This document shows, in pieces, positions 1-7,685 of a DNA stretch of 64,000 bases; positions within the stretch are counted from its first letter, which is position 1; every line of letters begins with the position of its first letter. A program made the translations under genes and the position numbers. Under the pieces are notes generated by a model that saw only the letters and a program-made list of their open reading frames with translations, was not told the DNA's origin and did not search any database. Source of the DNA: an uncultured virus (IMG/VR IMGVR_UViG_3300023174_000146) (Duplodnaviria > Heunggongvirae > Uroviricota > Caudoviricetes); IMG/VR virus record IMGVR_UViG_3300023174_000146; one strand, 5' to 3'.

Positions 1-234
1 GTTCTCGGTGTGGTAGCCCCACAGCACCTGGCCCTTGCGGGTGGCGAATGTTCCGTGGCCAGGCATGTTCGAGATCTCGCCCAGGTAGAGGTACTCCTCA
101 CCGGGTGTGAGAGGCGTTCCCTTGTACGCTGCCCGTGCGTGCTCCGGCGGATCGAACACGCACACCACATTCTTCAGGCCGAACTGGCCCACATTTCGCT
201 CTCCCAGGCAGAGCCTAACAGTATTGCAGCTCAT
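1..234 (-). CDS. Hypothetical phage protein, runs off window edge
   Basis: Manually read ORF from ATG at 234 (MSCNTVRLC...YLGEISNMPGHG...GYHTEN), open to position 1. Confidence 0.6.
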   Translation of the reverse strand, partial: MSCNTVRLCLGERNVGQFGLKNVVCVFDPPEHARAAYKGTPLTPGEEYLYLGEISNMPGHGTFATRKGQVLWGYHTEN

Positions 235-237
235 CTC

Positions 238-582
238 TCACTCTCCGCCCCGGGGCCCGAGGCCCTGGATGAACGAGCTGCTCCGCCGCCAGCTATCCAT
301 GAAGGAGATGATGTTCATCTTTCCCACCGGGTTCGCGCTGTGAACCGTGCTCTCCGGGGGCTGGGAGCTCCCATCCCAGTGCTCGGCAGCGAGCCTCCGG
401 AGGAACACCATTGTGGTATCCTCTCCGCCCAGATCGTGATCCAGGGAGGCGAAGGCGGGCATGCCCAGGGCAGCCACAGCGGCCAGGGCCTCCTCGGTGC
501 TCCTGCACACCACCCACTCGCGGCCTGGGGGAGGATCCCGGAGATCATCGAGGAACAGGTTCCAGGGTGTAGTGTTATCCAT
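238..582 (-). CDS. Cyclic-phosphate-processing receiver (cREC)-like protein
   Basis: Motifs LFLDDLR, SLDHDLG, VHSANPVG. Confidence 0.75.
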   Translation of the reverse strand: MDNTTPWNLFLDDLRDPPPGREWVVCRSTEEALAAVAALGMPAFASLDHDLGGEDTTMVFLRRLAAEHWDGSSQPPESTVHSANPVGKMNIISFMDSWRRSSSFIQGLGPRGGE

Positions 583-595
583 TTCTCTCCTCCGC

Positions 596-1177
596 TCAGA
601 GAGCGTACTTCTTGATCACAGCCTTCGAGACCCGCTCCTCCGGGGGCACGAACCCCATACCGAGGAGATCGAAGAAATCTTGCTCCTCCCGCAGGGGCAG
701 GAGCTCGCCATCGGGCCGCTGGGGCTGGCAGCCCACCATTCGCCCACCACCGCTCAGCTTCTTCCAATAGGAAAAAATCCCCGGGGTGAAGCCCATGAAG
801 GAGTTCCCCTTGGGATCCACACCGGATCCGGTGCGCATGAGGAGGAGGCCGCCCCAGTTGAGCTCATGGGCATTGAAGAGATCGAGGTTGCAGCCGAGCT
901 CAGGGAGGTGGAGCCGCATGTACTTCGCATCCGCCTTCAGGTCCCAGGGCACCACCCCGGGAACGCCAGGCTTGATCGGCTGGCCCACCTCACCGAGGAG
1001 CCGCACGAGCCGCTCGCCATCAGCCGGGAGCCCCACGATCTCGATATCACCCACCACCGGCTTGCCCCGCCGAACGGAGCCGGCCACCTCGCAGCGGGCC
1101 ATGGCAGGGGAGATGTGTGCAGCGATCCGGTCCGCCAGCTCGCGCGCCTTGCTCAGCTCAATCTTTGCAGTTCCCAT
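596..1177 (-). CDS. polX: Minimal family X DNA polymerase / nucleotidyltransferase (palm and thumb only)
   Basis: AGSVRRGKPVVGDIEIV, LDLF, RTGS, EEQDFFDLLGMGFVPPEER. Confidence 0.85.
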   Translation of the reverse strand: MGTAKIELSKARELADRIAAHISPAMARCEVAGSVRRGKPVVGDIEIVGLPADGERLVRLLGEVGQPIKPGVPGVVPWDLKADAKYMRLHLPELGCNLDLFNAHELNWGGLLLMRTGSGVDPKGNSFMGFTPGIFSYWKKLSGGGRMVGCQPQRPDGELLPLREEQDFFDLLGMGFVPPEERVSKAVIKKYAL

Positions 1178-1185
1178 GTGATTCC

Positions 1186-1416
1186 TCAGCGGTAGAGATC
1201 AACAACATGACCGAACTCTCGGTCGAAGGTTTGCAGGAGGCACTCGTAATCAACGAGCCGCATCTCGTCCTGGATGAGCTCGATCTGCCGAGTGGTAAGG
1301 CCCATCTTTCGGCCGAGGCGTCCTGCCAGGGCGAGGAGCACGTAGGCGTTCCCATCGGGACCTGTGAGATCGATCTTGATCTTGCCAGTGCGCTTCTGTA
1401 GGGATTTGATAGCCAT
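1186..1416 (-). CDS. Hypothetical phage protein (IDLTGPDGNA type)
   Basis: Clean ORF directly behind a promoter; motif seen in phage hypotheticals. Confidence 0.7.
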   Translation of the reverse strand: MAIKSLQKRTGKIKIDLTGPDGNAYVLLALAGRLGRKMGLTTRQIELIQDEMRLVDYECLLQTFDREFGHVVDLYR

Positions 1417-1422
1417 GGTCTT

Positions 1423-1451
1423 AATCTAACACAGACTGTTGGATATTGCAC
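1423..1451 (-). promoter_or_regulatory. Class I promoter GTGCAA-N17-TAGATT
   Basis: Matches recurring motif with exact 17-nt spacer, intergenic. Confidence 0.7.
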
Positions 1452-1476
1452 CGGATTGATTTATTTTTATTCAGTG

Positions 1477-1641
1477 TCAGTAACCTACAAGATGCCTGTC
1501 ATCCTTCCACTCCGTGATCAGGCTCCACAATAGCTTGGGCAGGCTCTCATACGCGTGCATCCACCCGGGCACTCCGCCGTACACGCAGACCCAGCAGGGT
1601 CCCGGTGAGATCACGCCCGCCCTTTCCCTGAAGATCCTCAC
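1477..1641 (-). CDS. Small hypothetical protein (54 aa)
   Basis: Manually read GTG-start ORF, GTGA-coupled to upstream gene. Confidence 0.5.
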   Translation of the reverse strand: MRIFRERAGVISPGPCWVCVYGGVPGWMHAYESLPKLLWSLITEWKDDRHLVGY

Positions 1642-1937
1642 AGCCTCACCCATAAGCCCACCCAGCTCGGAGGACGAACCTCGTCCTTCGCGTCAGAGAA
1701 AGTGACATTCTCGTTGCTCCCATCTGAGAAGAGGATCACTGTGTCCTCCTTCGCCACGCTGAACCTGCGCAGTGAAAAGTGCGGCCTCTCGACCCTGAGA
1801 CACGCGATGTGCTCATCGAACATCTGTGCGACACGCTCCTTCGGTTGGTACTTGCACTCGATGTGTGCATCACCGTCCCCACTCTCTTCGTCGAGGTGGG
1901 AGATGATGAGATCAAACAGCTTTGTGTGTGTGGTCAT
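1638..1937 (-). CDS. Hypothetical protein
   Basis: ORF in tiled operon; start moved to MTTH. Confidence 0.6.
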   Translation of the reverse strand: MTTHTKLFDLIISHLDEESGDGDAHIECKYQPKERVAQMFDEHIACLRVERPHFSLRRFSVAKEDTVILFSDGSNENVTFSDAKDEVRPPSWVGLWVRL

Positions 1938-1938
1938 T

Positions 1939-2124
1939 TTATGATTCTGCCTTCCAGCCCGGTCCGTCGGGATAGGTCCAGTCAATCAGCATCGGACCCA
2001 ACCCGCAGCTGTCGCAGGCCTGACGGTCCACGTAGTCTCCCAACTCGACCTCATAGCGGTGGACCTCATGTCCGTTTCCGCATTGGGTACATTGTAGCCA
2101 ACCGATGTCACTTTGTTTCTCCAT
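1939..2124 (-). CDS. Small Zn-ribbon-like protein
   Basis: CTQCG...CDSCG pairs. Confidence 0.55.
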   Translation of the reverse strand: MEKQSDIGWLQCTQCGNGHEVHRYEVELGDYVDRQACDSCGLGPMLIDWTYPDGPGWKAES

Positions 2125-2389
2125 TCGCTTCCTCCTCACACTGCATCTTCCAGCGCTCGTGCACATCGAGCGCCTCAACCGCCAACATCCTCACCTGATC
2201 GTCGTACGACCTCACGAGCGACTGCTCGCTGGGATGCCACTGCTCCGTGATTCGCAATCTAAGCCAATCTGCGAGAATGTCGATATCATCGTCGGAGGTG
2301 TCATCGCGTGATCCAGTAATGTTCTCGACGATCCACCTGGTGGCGTCAATGACAGAGTGTGAGTACTTGTAGAGCTGTATACGTGTCAT
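2108..2389 (-). CDS. Hypothetical protein
   Basis: Tiled ORF with coupled junctions. Confidence 0.6.
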   Translation of the reverse strand: MTRIQLYKYSHSVIDATRWIVENITGSRDDTSDDDIDILADWLRLRITEQWHPSEQSLVRSYDDQVRMLAVEALDVHERWKMQCEEEANGETK

Positions 2390-2607
2390 AATGACTCCAT
2401 GTCAAGTGGGTGCATCCTGTAAACTGTGCCCTCGATTAGCACTTCCAGAACTCGGTTGTGTCCTACCCGATCGTTCCGTACAACTACACCCACCCTATCC
2501 ACGAGCTGGCGGGTCCAGAGGGGCTGATCGGGTGCTTCCACAATTCTCACAAGATTACCGATCTGGTCGAGTCGATTCAAGAGATCTTCTCTCCGAAATG
2601 GTTCCAC
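2386..2607 (-). CDS. KOW/SH3-like small protein
   Basis: QIGNLVRIV...VGVVV...EVLIEG pattern. Confidence 0.6.
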   Translation of the reverse strand: MEPFRREDLLNRLDQIGNLVRIVEAPDQPLWTRQLVDRVGVVVRNDRVGHNRVLEVLIEGTVYRMHPLDMESL

Positions 2608-2798
2608 GGTGCTTTATCGATGATCTCCTCCAGCTTGCCTCCCCATAAGAGTTTATAGTAATCACCCCCACCATCATAGTTCAAGTGAATCTCCACTACG
2701 AGTGCGGGACCTGAGATTAGAAAGGTAGCAACATTGCTGCCCACTGTAATTCTCTGGGTTTGTGTGAGCGTCCAGAGCTCACCTACTCTCGGGTGCAT
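2577..2798 (-). CDS. KOW/SH3-like small protein
   Basis: PRVGELW N-terminus, beta-rich. Confidence 0.55.
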   Translation of the reverse strand: MHPRVGELWTLTQTQRITVGSNVATFLISGPALVVEIHLNYDGGGDYYKLLWGGKLEEIIDKAPWNHFGEKIS

Positions 2799-3082
2799 GA
2801 GAGCTCCTTAATCTCTAACCAATCCCGATAGATAATCCAACCCCGCTTATCTTCTGCCAGAACCTCAATATACTGTTCTTTGACAGAGAGAACAAGAAGA
2901 GGGGTTAGGGGATTACAATAACTTACAGGCTTATCAAACTTTTTGCTCCAATAAGAGGCGAAACCGACATCGATTGCGGCGGTCAGGGCGTCGCCCGCGA
3001 CGCCGATGGCGGCGGTATCCTTATCAGGAAACAACAGGAGGAAGTATTCAGAACAAGAATAGAGATTACCTACTTCAAGCAT
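2783..3082 (-). CDS. KOW/SH3-like small protein
   Basis: LEVGNLY...LLVLSV...EVL...RGWI. Confidence 0.6.
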   Translation of the reverse strand: MLEVGNLYSCSEYFLLLFPDKDTAAIGVAGDALTAAIDVGFASYWSKKFDKPVSYCNPLTPLLVLSVKEQYIEVLAEDKRGWIIYRDWLEIKELSCTRE

Positions 3083-3083
3083 A

Positions 3084-3263
3084 TCAAATCACCTGCAGCC
3101 AGTGGAGAGGCATCATTCTCGGCCCATCGCAGAGCACCTTGATGAATACACTGTTCCCTGCTGCCATCCCCTCATCTCCCAACACGATTGCAACGCGGCC
3201 GTGGAACTGGCTCGTTTGATGCACTGGAGGGTGAATCACACGTACTAGATCACCCTGTTTCAC
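3084..3263 (-). CDS. KOW-like small protein (59 aa, not in ORF track)
   Basis: Manually read MKQGDLVRVIH...GRVAIVLG; GGAGGT SD. Confidence 0.65.
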   Translation of the reverse strand: MKQGDLVRVIHPPVHQTSQFHGRVAIVLGDEGMAAGNSVFIKVLCDGPRMMPLHWLQVI

Positions 3264-3438
3264 TGATCACCTCCATTGCATCCGAGTGCACGATCACCAG
3301 GTTGCCCCTGCAGGAGAGCGCCTGCCAGCAATCAGATTGGTAGCTCTCCGAGCGCGCAGGATCTGGGAAGAGCACCAGGTAGGTTGATTCCTTGCCGAAC
3401 TGGTTGTTCTTCCAGGCCACGAGATCACCTGCTTTCAC
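3250..3438 (-). CDS. KOW-like small protein
   Basis: MKAGDLVAW; paralogue of 3425-3619 (shared W.ALSC.G). Confidence 0.7.
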   Translation of the reverse strand: MKAGDLVAWKNNQFGKESTYLVLFPDPARSESYQSDCWQALSCRGNLVIVHSDAMEVISETG

Positions 3439-3619
3439 TGTACACCTTCATGTGGTTCTCGTACACCACCTCGAACCTGCCCATGCAGGATAGGGCCCGC
3501 CATCCCTTCATGATCCCGAGCCTGGGATCCCAAATATCACTCATCCTCTCCAACAGGAGGTACGTGAAGGGGCTCCGGGATGCTGGACCATCCCACATTA
3601 CCAGATCACCCTGCTTCAT
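3425..3619 (-). CDS. KOW-like small protein
   Basis: MKQGDLVMW. Confidence 0.7.
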   Translation of the reverse strand: MKQGDLVMWDGPASRSPFTYLLLERMSDIWDPRLGIMKGWRALSCMGRFEVVYENHMKVYSESR

Positions 3620-3869
3620 CGATCACCTCCGCCCATGAATCTGGAATCCATCCCACCTGCCCAGCGGGTGTGAGCACCTGCAGGTACATGATCCCAGGTG
3701 AGAGCACACCAGGCGCATTTGCTATATCAATCACGATCCCCACCATTCCGTGCCCCCACCGCCAATCAGTGGCCACAGTGATCGTGCTCTGGCCGTATGC
3801 AGGAATTCCCTTGTACATCCAACGAGGAGCGAGAGCGTGTGGGAGCTGCACCAGTTCACCCTGCTTCAC
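3606..3869 (-). CDS. KOW-like small protein
   Basis: MKQGELVQL...VGIVIDI...VGWI. Confidence 0.7.
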   Translation of the reverse strand: MKQGELVQLPHALAPRWMYKGIPAYGQSTITVATDWRWGHGMVGIVIDIANAPGVLSPGIMYLQVLTPAGQVGWIPDSWAEVIDEAG

Positions 3870-4116
3870 CGATCACCTCCACCCGATCAGAGAAGAACAG
3901 GAAGATATCACCTGATCTTCCGCTCACAGTGATCCTGTGCGTGGGATCCAGGGTGGGGGTGTTATTCAGCACTTTCACTTCCACAGCAAGGTGGAGTGTG
4001 GGGCAATCTCCCAGGGTGAACAGGCACCCGGGGCGGAGGTTGGCATCACTCGGGCGCACCCTCACTGCGGGGCACCCTCGTACTTCGAGCGGTGGGCCGG
4101 CCAGCACTGATCGCAC
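3856..4116 (-). CDS. Hypothetical KOW-like protein (start uncertain)
   Basis: LRPGCLF; ends in shared EVIGEAG junction. Confidence 0.5.
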   Translation of the reverse strand: MRSVLAGPPLEVRGCPAVRVRPSDANLRPGCLFTLGDCPTLHLAVEVKVLNNTPTLDPTHRITVSGRSGDIFLFFSDRVEVIGEAG

Positions 4117-4259
4117 AGTGCAGTATCATCACCCAGGTGCTTCATCCACTTCCTGCGCCCATCCGGGCCGCAGTTCTTGCACTCGGGATCCGTGCAGTGA
4201 CGACACTCATCGCAGAACCAATCATCGGGCTTCCTACAGCGCTTCCACTTGGTCATCAC
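4062..4259 (-). CDS. Small Cys-rich putative Zn-binding protein
   Basis: CDEC, CKNC, CDQC. Confidence 0.55.
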   Translation of the reverse strand: MMTKWKRCRKPDDWFCDECRHCTDPECKNCGPDGRRKWMKHLGDDTALCDQCWPAHRSKYEGAPQ

Positions 4260-4525
4260 TGGATCTCCTCCACGTAGTCGAGGCCGATTGCCACAAACTG
4301 CTCACCCACCATAAAGATCCCCACACCCATCCCGGACTTCGAGCCCTTCTGCGTGAGATCATGCACACACAAGAGACCATCCTGAAAGGGCTTCACATCA
4401 ATGAAGCCCCGCTGCGGACGCCACTTGCCTCCCTGCAGATCCCACGGGCAGAACTCGCTCTTCTTGCACAGTCTCTCGTGTCCAGCGAGCCTATAGAGTG
4501 AGCCGGGCTTGCAGTGTACACGCAC
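4256..4525 (-). CDS. Hypothetical protein
   Basis: 3' part of track ORF 4256-4753, GTG start just after thioredoxin stop. Confidence 0.5.
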   Translation of the reverse strand: MRVHCKPGSLYRLAGHERLCKKSEFCPWDLQGGKWRPQRGFIDVKPFQDGLLCVHDLTQKGSKSGMGVGIFMVGEQFVAIGLDYVEEIQ

Positions 4526-4527
4526 GG

Positions 4528-4830
4528 TCAGCCCTCGAGCGCGGAGAGCAGCTTTGCCCTGTCCTTGACACCCACGAGGGTGTCGACGTGCGCGCCGTCC
4601 CGGAACACGAGGATCGTCGGAAGAGCGCGGACGCCGAACTGTGAAGCCAGGTCCGGTTCCTTCTCGACGTCCACCAGGAGGATGCCCACCTCCGGATTCG
4701 ACCGCTCCAGGTCTGCGAGCACCATCTTCTGGCCCGTGCAGGGCGCGCACCACGTGGCGTAGCAGTCGACAAGAACCTTGCCGCTTGAAGTGTCAGCCTT
4801 GAATGTACCGAATGTCGTGTCTCTCATCAC
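4528..4830 (-). CDS. trxA: Thioredoxin
   Basis: VLVDCYATWCAPC, FGVRALPTILVFRDG. Confidence 0.9.
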   Translation of the reverse strand: MMRDTTFGTFKADTSSGKVLVDCYATWCAPCTGQKMVLADLERSNPEVGILLVDVEKEPDLASQFGVRALPTILVFRDGAHVDTLVGVKDRAKLLSALEG

Positions 4831-5060
4831 TCTTCTCCCTTGTTTCTATCGCGCGAACTCGACTCCTCGTGGACATCCCACGTTGAGCACGTCTGGTGCA
4901 GGTTCCAGTCGTCCAGCACCTTGTAGATTCCACCGTGACGGCGGATCAGGGCGATCACGTCCTTGGCAGTGGGATTTGAGGGAGCATCTCCGTCCGGCCA
5001 CATCTGGTCGGCATCCAGTTCACACTCCATCTCGTACGTGATCTTGAACCGCCTCATCAC
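4827..5060 (-). CDS. Hypothetical protein
   Basis: Tiled ORF, coupled junctions. Confidence 0.6.
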   Translation of the reverse strand: MMRRFKITYEMECELDADQMWPDGDAPSNPTAKDVIALIRRHGGIYKVLDDWNLHQTCSTWDVHEESSSRDRNKGEE

Positions 5061-5350
5061 TTCACCTTCAGCGTTGGATTGTGGGCTACCCGTGGGTTCT
5101 CGTGGTGTGTGCAGATCTCGTAGTCGTCGTACATTCGGAGGAGTGACTCCTTGCGGAACCTGTACATTCCACGCTGGATATCCACATGCCTATCTCCCTT
5201 CAGCTCCGACTTTTTGACGTACTTCAGTGCGTCCTCCTCCAGGGTGAATGTCGCCACAAGATCACGAGTGATCTCGGGCTCGAAGGATCCACCAATCTGT
5301 CGCTGGAAATGGTCAGTTCTTATTCCCCACAGCTCATTCATCTCAATCAC
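5057..5350 (-). CDS. Hypothetical protein
   Basis: GGAGG SD, first gene after promoter. Confidence 0.65.
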   Translation of the reverse strand: MIEMNELWGIRTDHFQRQIGGSFEPEITRDLVATFTLEEDALKYVKKSELKGDRHVDIQRGMYRFRKESLLRMYDDYEICTHHENPRVAHNPTLKVK

Positions 5351-5364
5351 ACCTCCATGATATT

Positions 5365-5393
5365 ATCATACCATGGGAGAGAAACATTTACAC
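5365..5393 (-). promoter_or_regulatory. Class I promoter GTGTAA-N17-TATGAT
   Basis: Recurring motif, 17-nt spacer. Confidence 0.75.
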
Positions 5394-5401
5394 CGCGTGA
5401 G

Positions 5402-5608
5402 TCACTCGATTCCGCTCACAACGATCAGGTTTCTCGCCTTGATCCAGCTCGGAGGATCTTCAGGAAACCTGACCCACACTAGGCGGGCACAGAGCTCACT
5501 GCTGTTCAGGGGCTGTTGACCCGCCTCACAGACATCCAGGACAAGTCCCAGACTAGTGCTGTCTGATGCCTGAAACGGCTTGTACAGAACAATGTCACCC
5601 ACCCTCAT
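5402..5608 (-). CDS. KOW/Tudor-like small protein
   Basis: MRVGDIVLY...GLVLDV...WVRF. Confidence 0.7.
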   Translation of the reverse strand: MRVGDIVLYKPFQASDSTSLGLVLDVCEAGQQPLNSSELCARLVWVRFPEDPPSWIKARNLIVVSGIE

Positions 5609-5802
5609 TCTGAAGGGCTCCTGAGATAATCCATAAACGTTGGAAACACATCGGTGCCATCGTAAACGTGACCGATTCTCAGCTTCGATCCCTTCGAGGG
5701 AAGCTTCATAAGGATCATGACCGCCCTCCTCACACGCTCCTCCAGGTGAGTGGGTGGATTGTAGACTTCTAGGTCGAAGACGACGAGATCACCCACCTTC
5801 AT
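5605..5802 (-). CDS. KOW-like small protein
   Basis: MKVGDLVVF. Confidence 0.7.
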   Translation of the reverse strand: MKVGDLVVFDLEVYNPPTHLEERVRRAVMILMKLPSKGSKLRIGHVYDGTDVFPTFMDYLRSPSE

Positions 5803-6037
5803 CGGTCACCACCTCCAGCTCATCATCCTCCCACCAACAGGACTTCCCGTGAAAGAAGCAGAGGATCTCAGGCTTTCCCACTGTGCCACCTGGATGCTCC
5901 TCTACGAGAATTTTGACAACTAATCCCGTGTCACTGGGCATGATGTTCACTCCGTTGAGCGTGGTTCTGAAGTTCGGTCGAACGAGATCACCCACTATAC
6001 ACTTCACGGGATTCCTTGCTCGGCGCAGAACACACAT
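5789..6037 (-). CDS. KOW-like small protein (start 6037 or 6007)
   Basis: IVGDLVRP...TGLVVKI. Confidence 0.6.
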   Translation of the reverse strand: MCVLRRARNPVKCIVGDLVRPNFRTTLNGVNIMPSDTGLVVKILVEEHPGGTVGKPEILCFFHGKSCWWEDDELEVVTDEGG

Positions 6038-6261
6038 CAGGTGCCAGCGTGCTTCAGCGATCCCACTGGATGCTTTCCAATGCCGTTGGACCACATGACA
6101 ATGTACTGATCACCGCTGATCCTTACCCTGCTCACGGGGTAGAAGTTCTTGTTCACTCTCACGATGAGGCCAATCTTCTCCTTGAACTCGAAGCCGTTGT
6201 GCAGGATGCCGTAGTAGTCCTTGTTTGTCTCCACGAGGTCACCTTCTGTCAGGAACAACAT
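6037..6261 (-). CDS. KOW-like small protein
   Basis: MLFLTEGDLVET...IGLIVRV; GAGGA SD. Confidence 0.6.
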   Translation of the reverse strand: MLFLTEGDLVETNKDYYGILHNGFEFKEKIGLIVRVNKNFYPVSRVRISGDQYIVMWSNGIGKHPVGSLKHAGT

Positions 6262-6433
6262 ACTCTTCCTCAATAAAGTGCTCCTCAATCTCGTAAGTTC
6301 CCACATCGGGCCTGTCGCTGCGATTGAATCTCGACATCATTCTGGCGTGTGCTTCCTTCTCCGTCTTGAACACGCCCACAATCAGGTCAGGAGTGCCTTT
6401 GTACTTGTTTATGAGGATCCACACGCTGCGCAT
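6239..6433 (-). CDS. Hypothetical protein
   Basis: AGGAG SD before ATG at 6433, behind a promoter. Confidence 0.6.
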   Translation of the reverse strand: MRSVWILINKYKGTPDLIVGVFKTEKEAHARMMSRFNRSDRPDVGTYEIEEHFIEEEYVVPDRR

Positions 6434-6457
6434 ATTGTCTCCTGTTGTGCTAATATT

Positions 6458-6486
6458 AATATAGCAACTCAAGGGAAGATGTTCAA
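6458..6486 (-). promoter_or_regulatory. Class I-like promoter TTGAAC-N17-TATATT
   Basis: 17-nt spacer, upstream of SD. Confidence 0.55.
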
Positions 6487-6608
6487 ATTATACGCCAAAG
6501 TTCCCAGAATGACATCCGCGACACTGCGCTTACGAGAATGATGTAACAGGTAGCAATTTGTCACAGATCAAAATTGCTCAATCCTGAGACAGCTGCATCT
6601 ACACGGCA

Positions 6609-6881
6609 TCAGACCAATCTCTCAATTTGTGACATTATATCTTGAAACTCTATGGTTTTCAAATTTTTAAACGAACCCGTTGTTATAAGAGTATCCGTAG
6701 TTATAACATAGTCAAGTATGTCTTCGCTGGAAAAAGTGAGGACAGACAATTCTACGTCATCTGAATTTAAATATTGAGTTACACTTGCGCCGTAGCCGTT
6801 ATTAAAACGATACAAAATGTGATACTTTTCAATTGAGAAAAGTGTTGCAACGTTTACAGTGTTTTGTGAATCGTAGAACAT
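6609..6881 (-). CDS. Hypothetical protein (F.NGYGASV type)
   Basis: Clean ORF with AAGGA SD; motif seen in phage hypotheticals. Confidence 0.65.
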   Translation of the reverse strand: MFYDSQNTVNVATLFSIEKYHILYRFNNGYGASVTQYLNSDDVELSVLTFSSEDILDYVITTDTLITTGSFKNLKTIEFQDIMSQIERLV

Positions 6882-6899
6882 ATGATTGTGACTTTTCCT

Positions 6900-7661
6900 T
6901 TAAATTGAGCTAATATATGTGACAGTTCCCACTAAGTTAGTTGTAGCGGTAAAATTATTATTAGTTAGCCGAGAAGAGTTAGATGCAATACTTCCAACAT
7001 AATATAAGCTAGAAGTTGTTGAGTTAGATAAAACTTGTCCTGTAATATTTGTGACCCTATTTCCACCACTATTGATATTCTGGAAATAACTTACTTGAAC
7101 TGAACCTGCGTTATTTAATGTTGTTTGACTAACAAATGGCAAATTAATCAAGCTTATATTGCCAACACCATTTGCAGTCAAGGTAATACTAAATTGTGCT
7201 ACAACCATTTTTCCGACCTTATAGTATGTCCCTATTCTGGATCCATATGTTTGACTATTCGTTGTTGAGAAAATATAAGCTGGCGTCCAAGAGCCGTATG
7301 TTGTCACAGGAATACTTCCCGATGTTCCTATTGTGACCGCACCGCTTGATCCTGTAGATAGAGTTATGGATCCAGTTGCAAGAAGATATGGAGAGCCGTC
7401 TGTCAGTCTCGTCAAAGAACCAGAATGTGTTCCTATAAAACTTCCAGAGAAGCTTCCAGTTGCTTGAAGATTAGTACCATCAAATAGTAACTTACTGACA
7501 CTGGCAGTATTTCCATCAGAGTTATACTGCATCTCTTTGTTTAATCCTGCTGCTGGATTTTTGCCAATGATTATGATGTCTGTCACGCCACCTGGCGTTG
7601 TTTGGGTCGAGTCCCAATATATAAATTTTCCGCTTTCCGTGCCTCTATAGAATATAGTCAT
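6900..7661 (-). CDS. Fibre / receptor-binding-like virion protein
   Basis: SGSLTRLTDGSPYLLA module; C-terminal YGSWTP...GTYYKVGKMV tip-like domain. Confidence 0.7.
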   Translation of the reverse strand: MTIFYRGTESGKFIYWDSTQTTPGGVTDIIIIGKNPAAGLNKEMQYNSDGNTASVSKLLFDGTNLQATGSFSGSFIGTHSGSLTRLTDGSPYLLATGSITLSTGSSGAVTIGTSGSIPVTTYGSWTPAYIFSTTNSQTYGSRIGTYYKVGKMVVAQFSITLTANGVGNISLINLPFVSQTTLNNAGSVQVSYFQNINSGGNRVTNITGQVLSNSTTSSLYYVGSIASNSSRLTNNNFTATTNLVGTVTYISSI

Positions 7662-7685
7662 ATAATATTTACCCCGAAATATATC

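Noticed and set aside
10..4501. Long plus-strand ORFs (10-615, 461-1195, 3797-4501 and similar)
   Set aside because: Antisense shadows of well-supported minus-strand genes in GC-rich DNA; no recognisable motifs.
6547..6586. Imperfect hairpin AGCAATTT/AAATTGCT as an ncRNA or riboswitch
   Set aside because: Single AT-rich stem with no recognisable family motif; at most a weak terminator.
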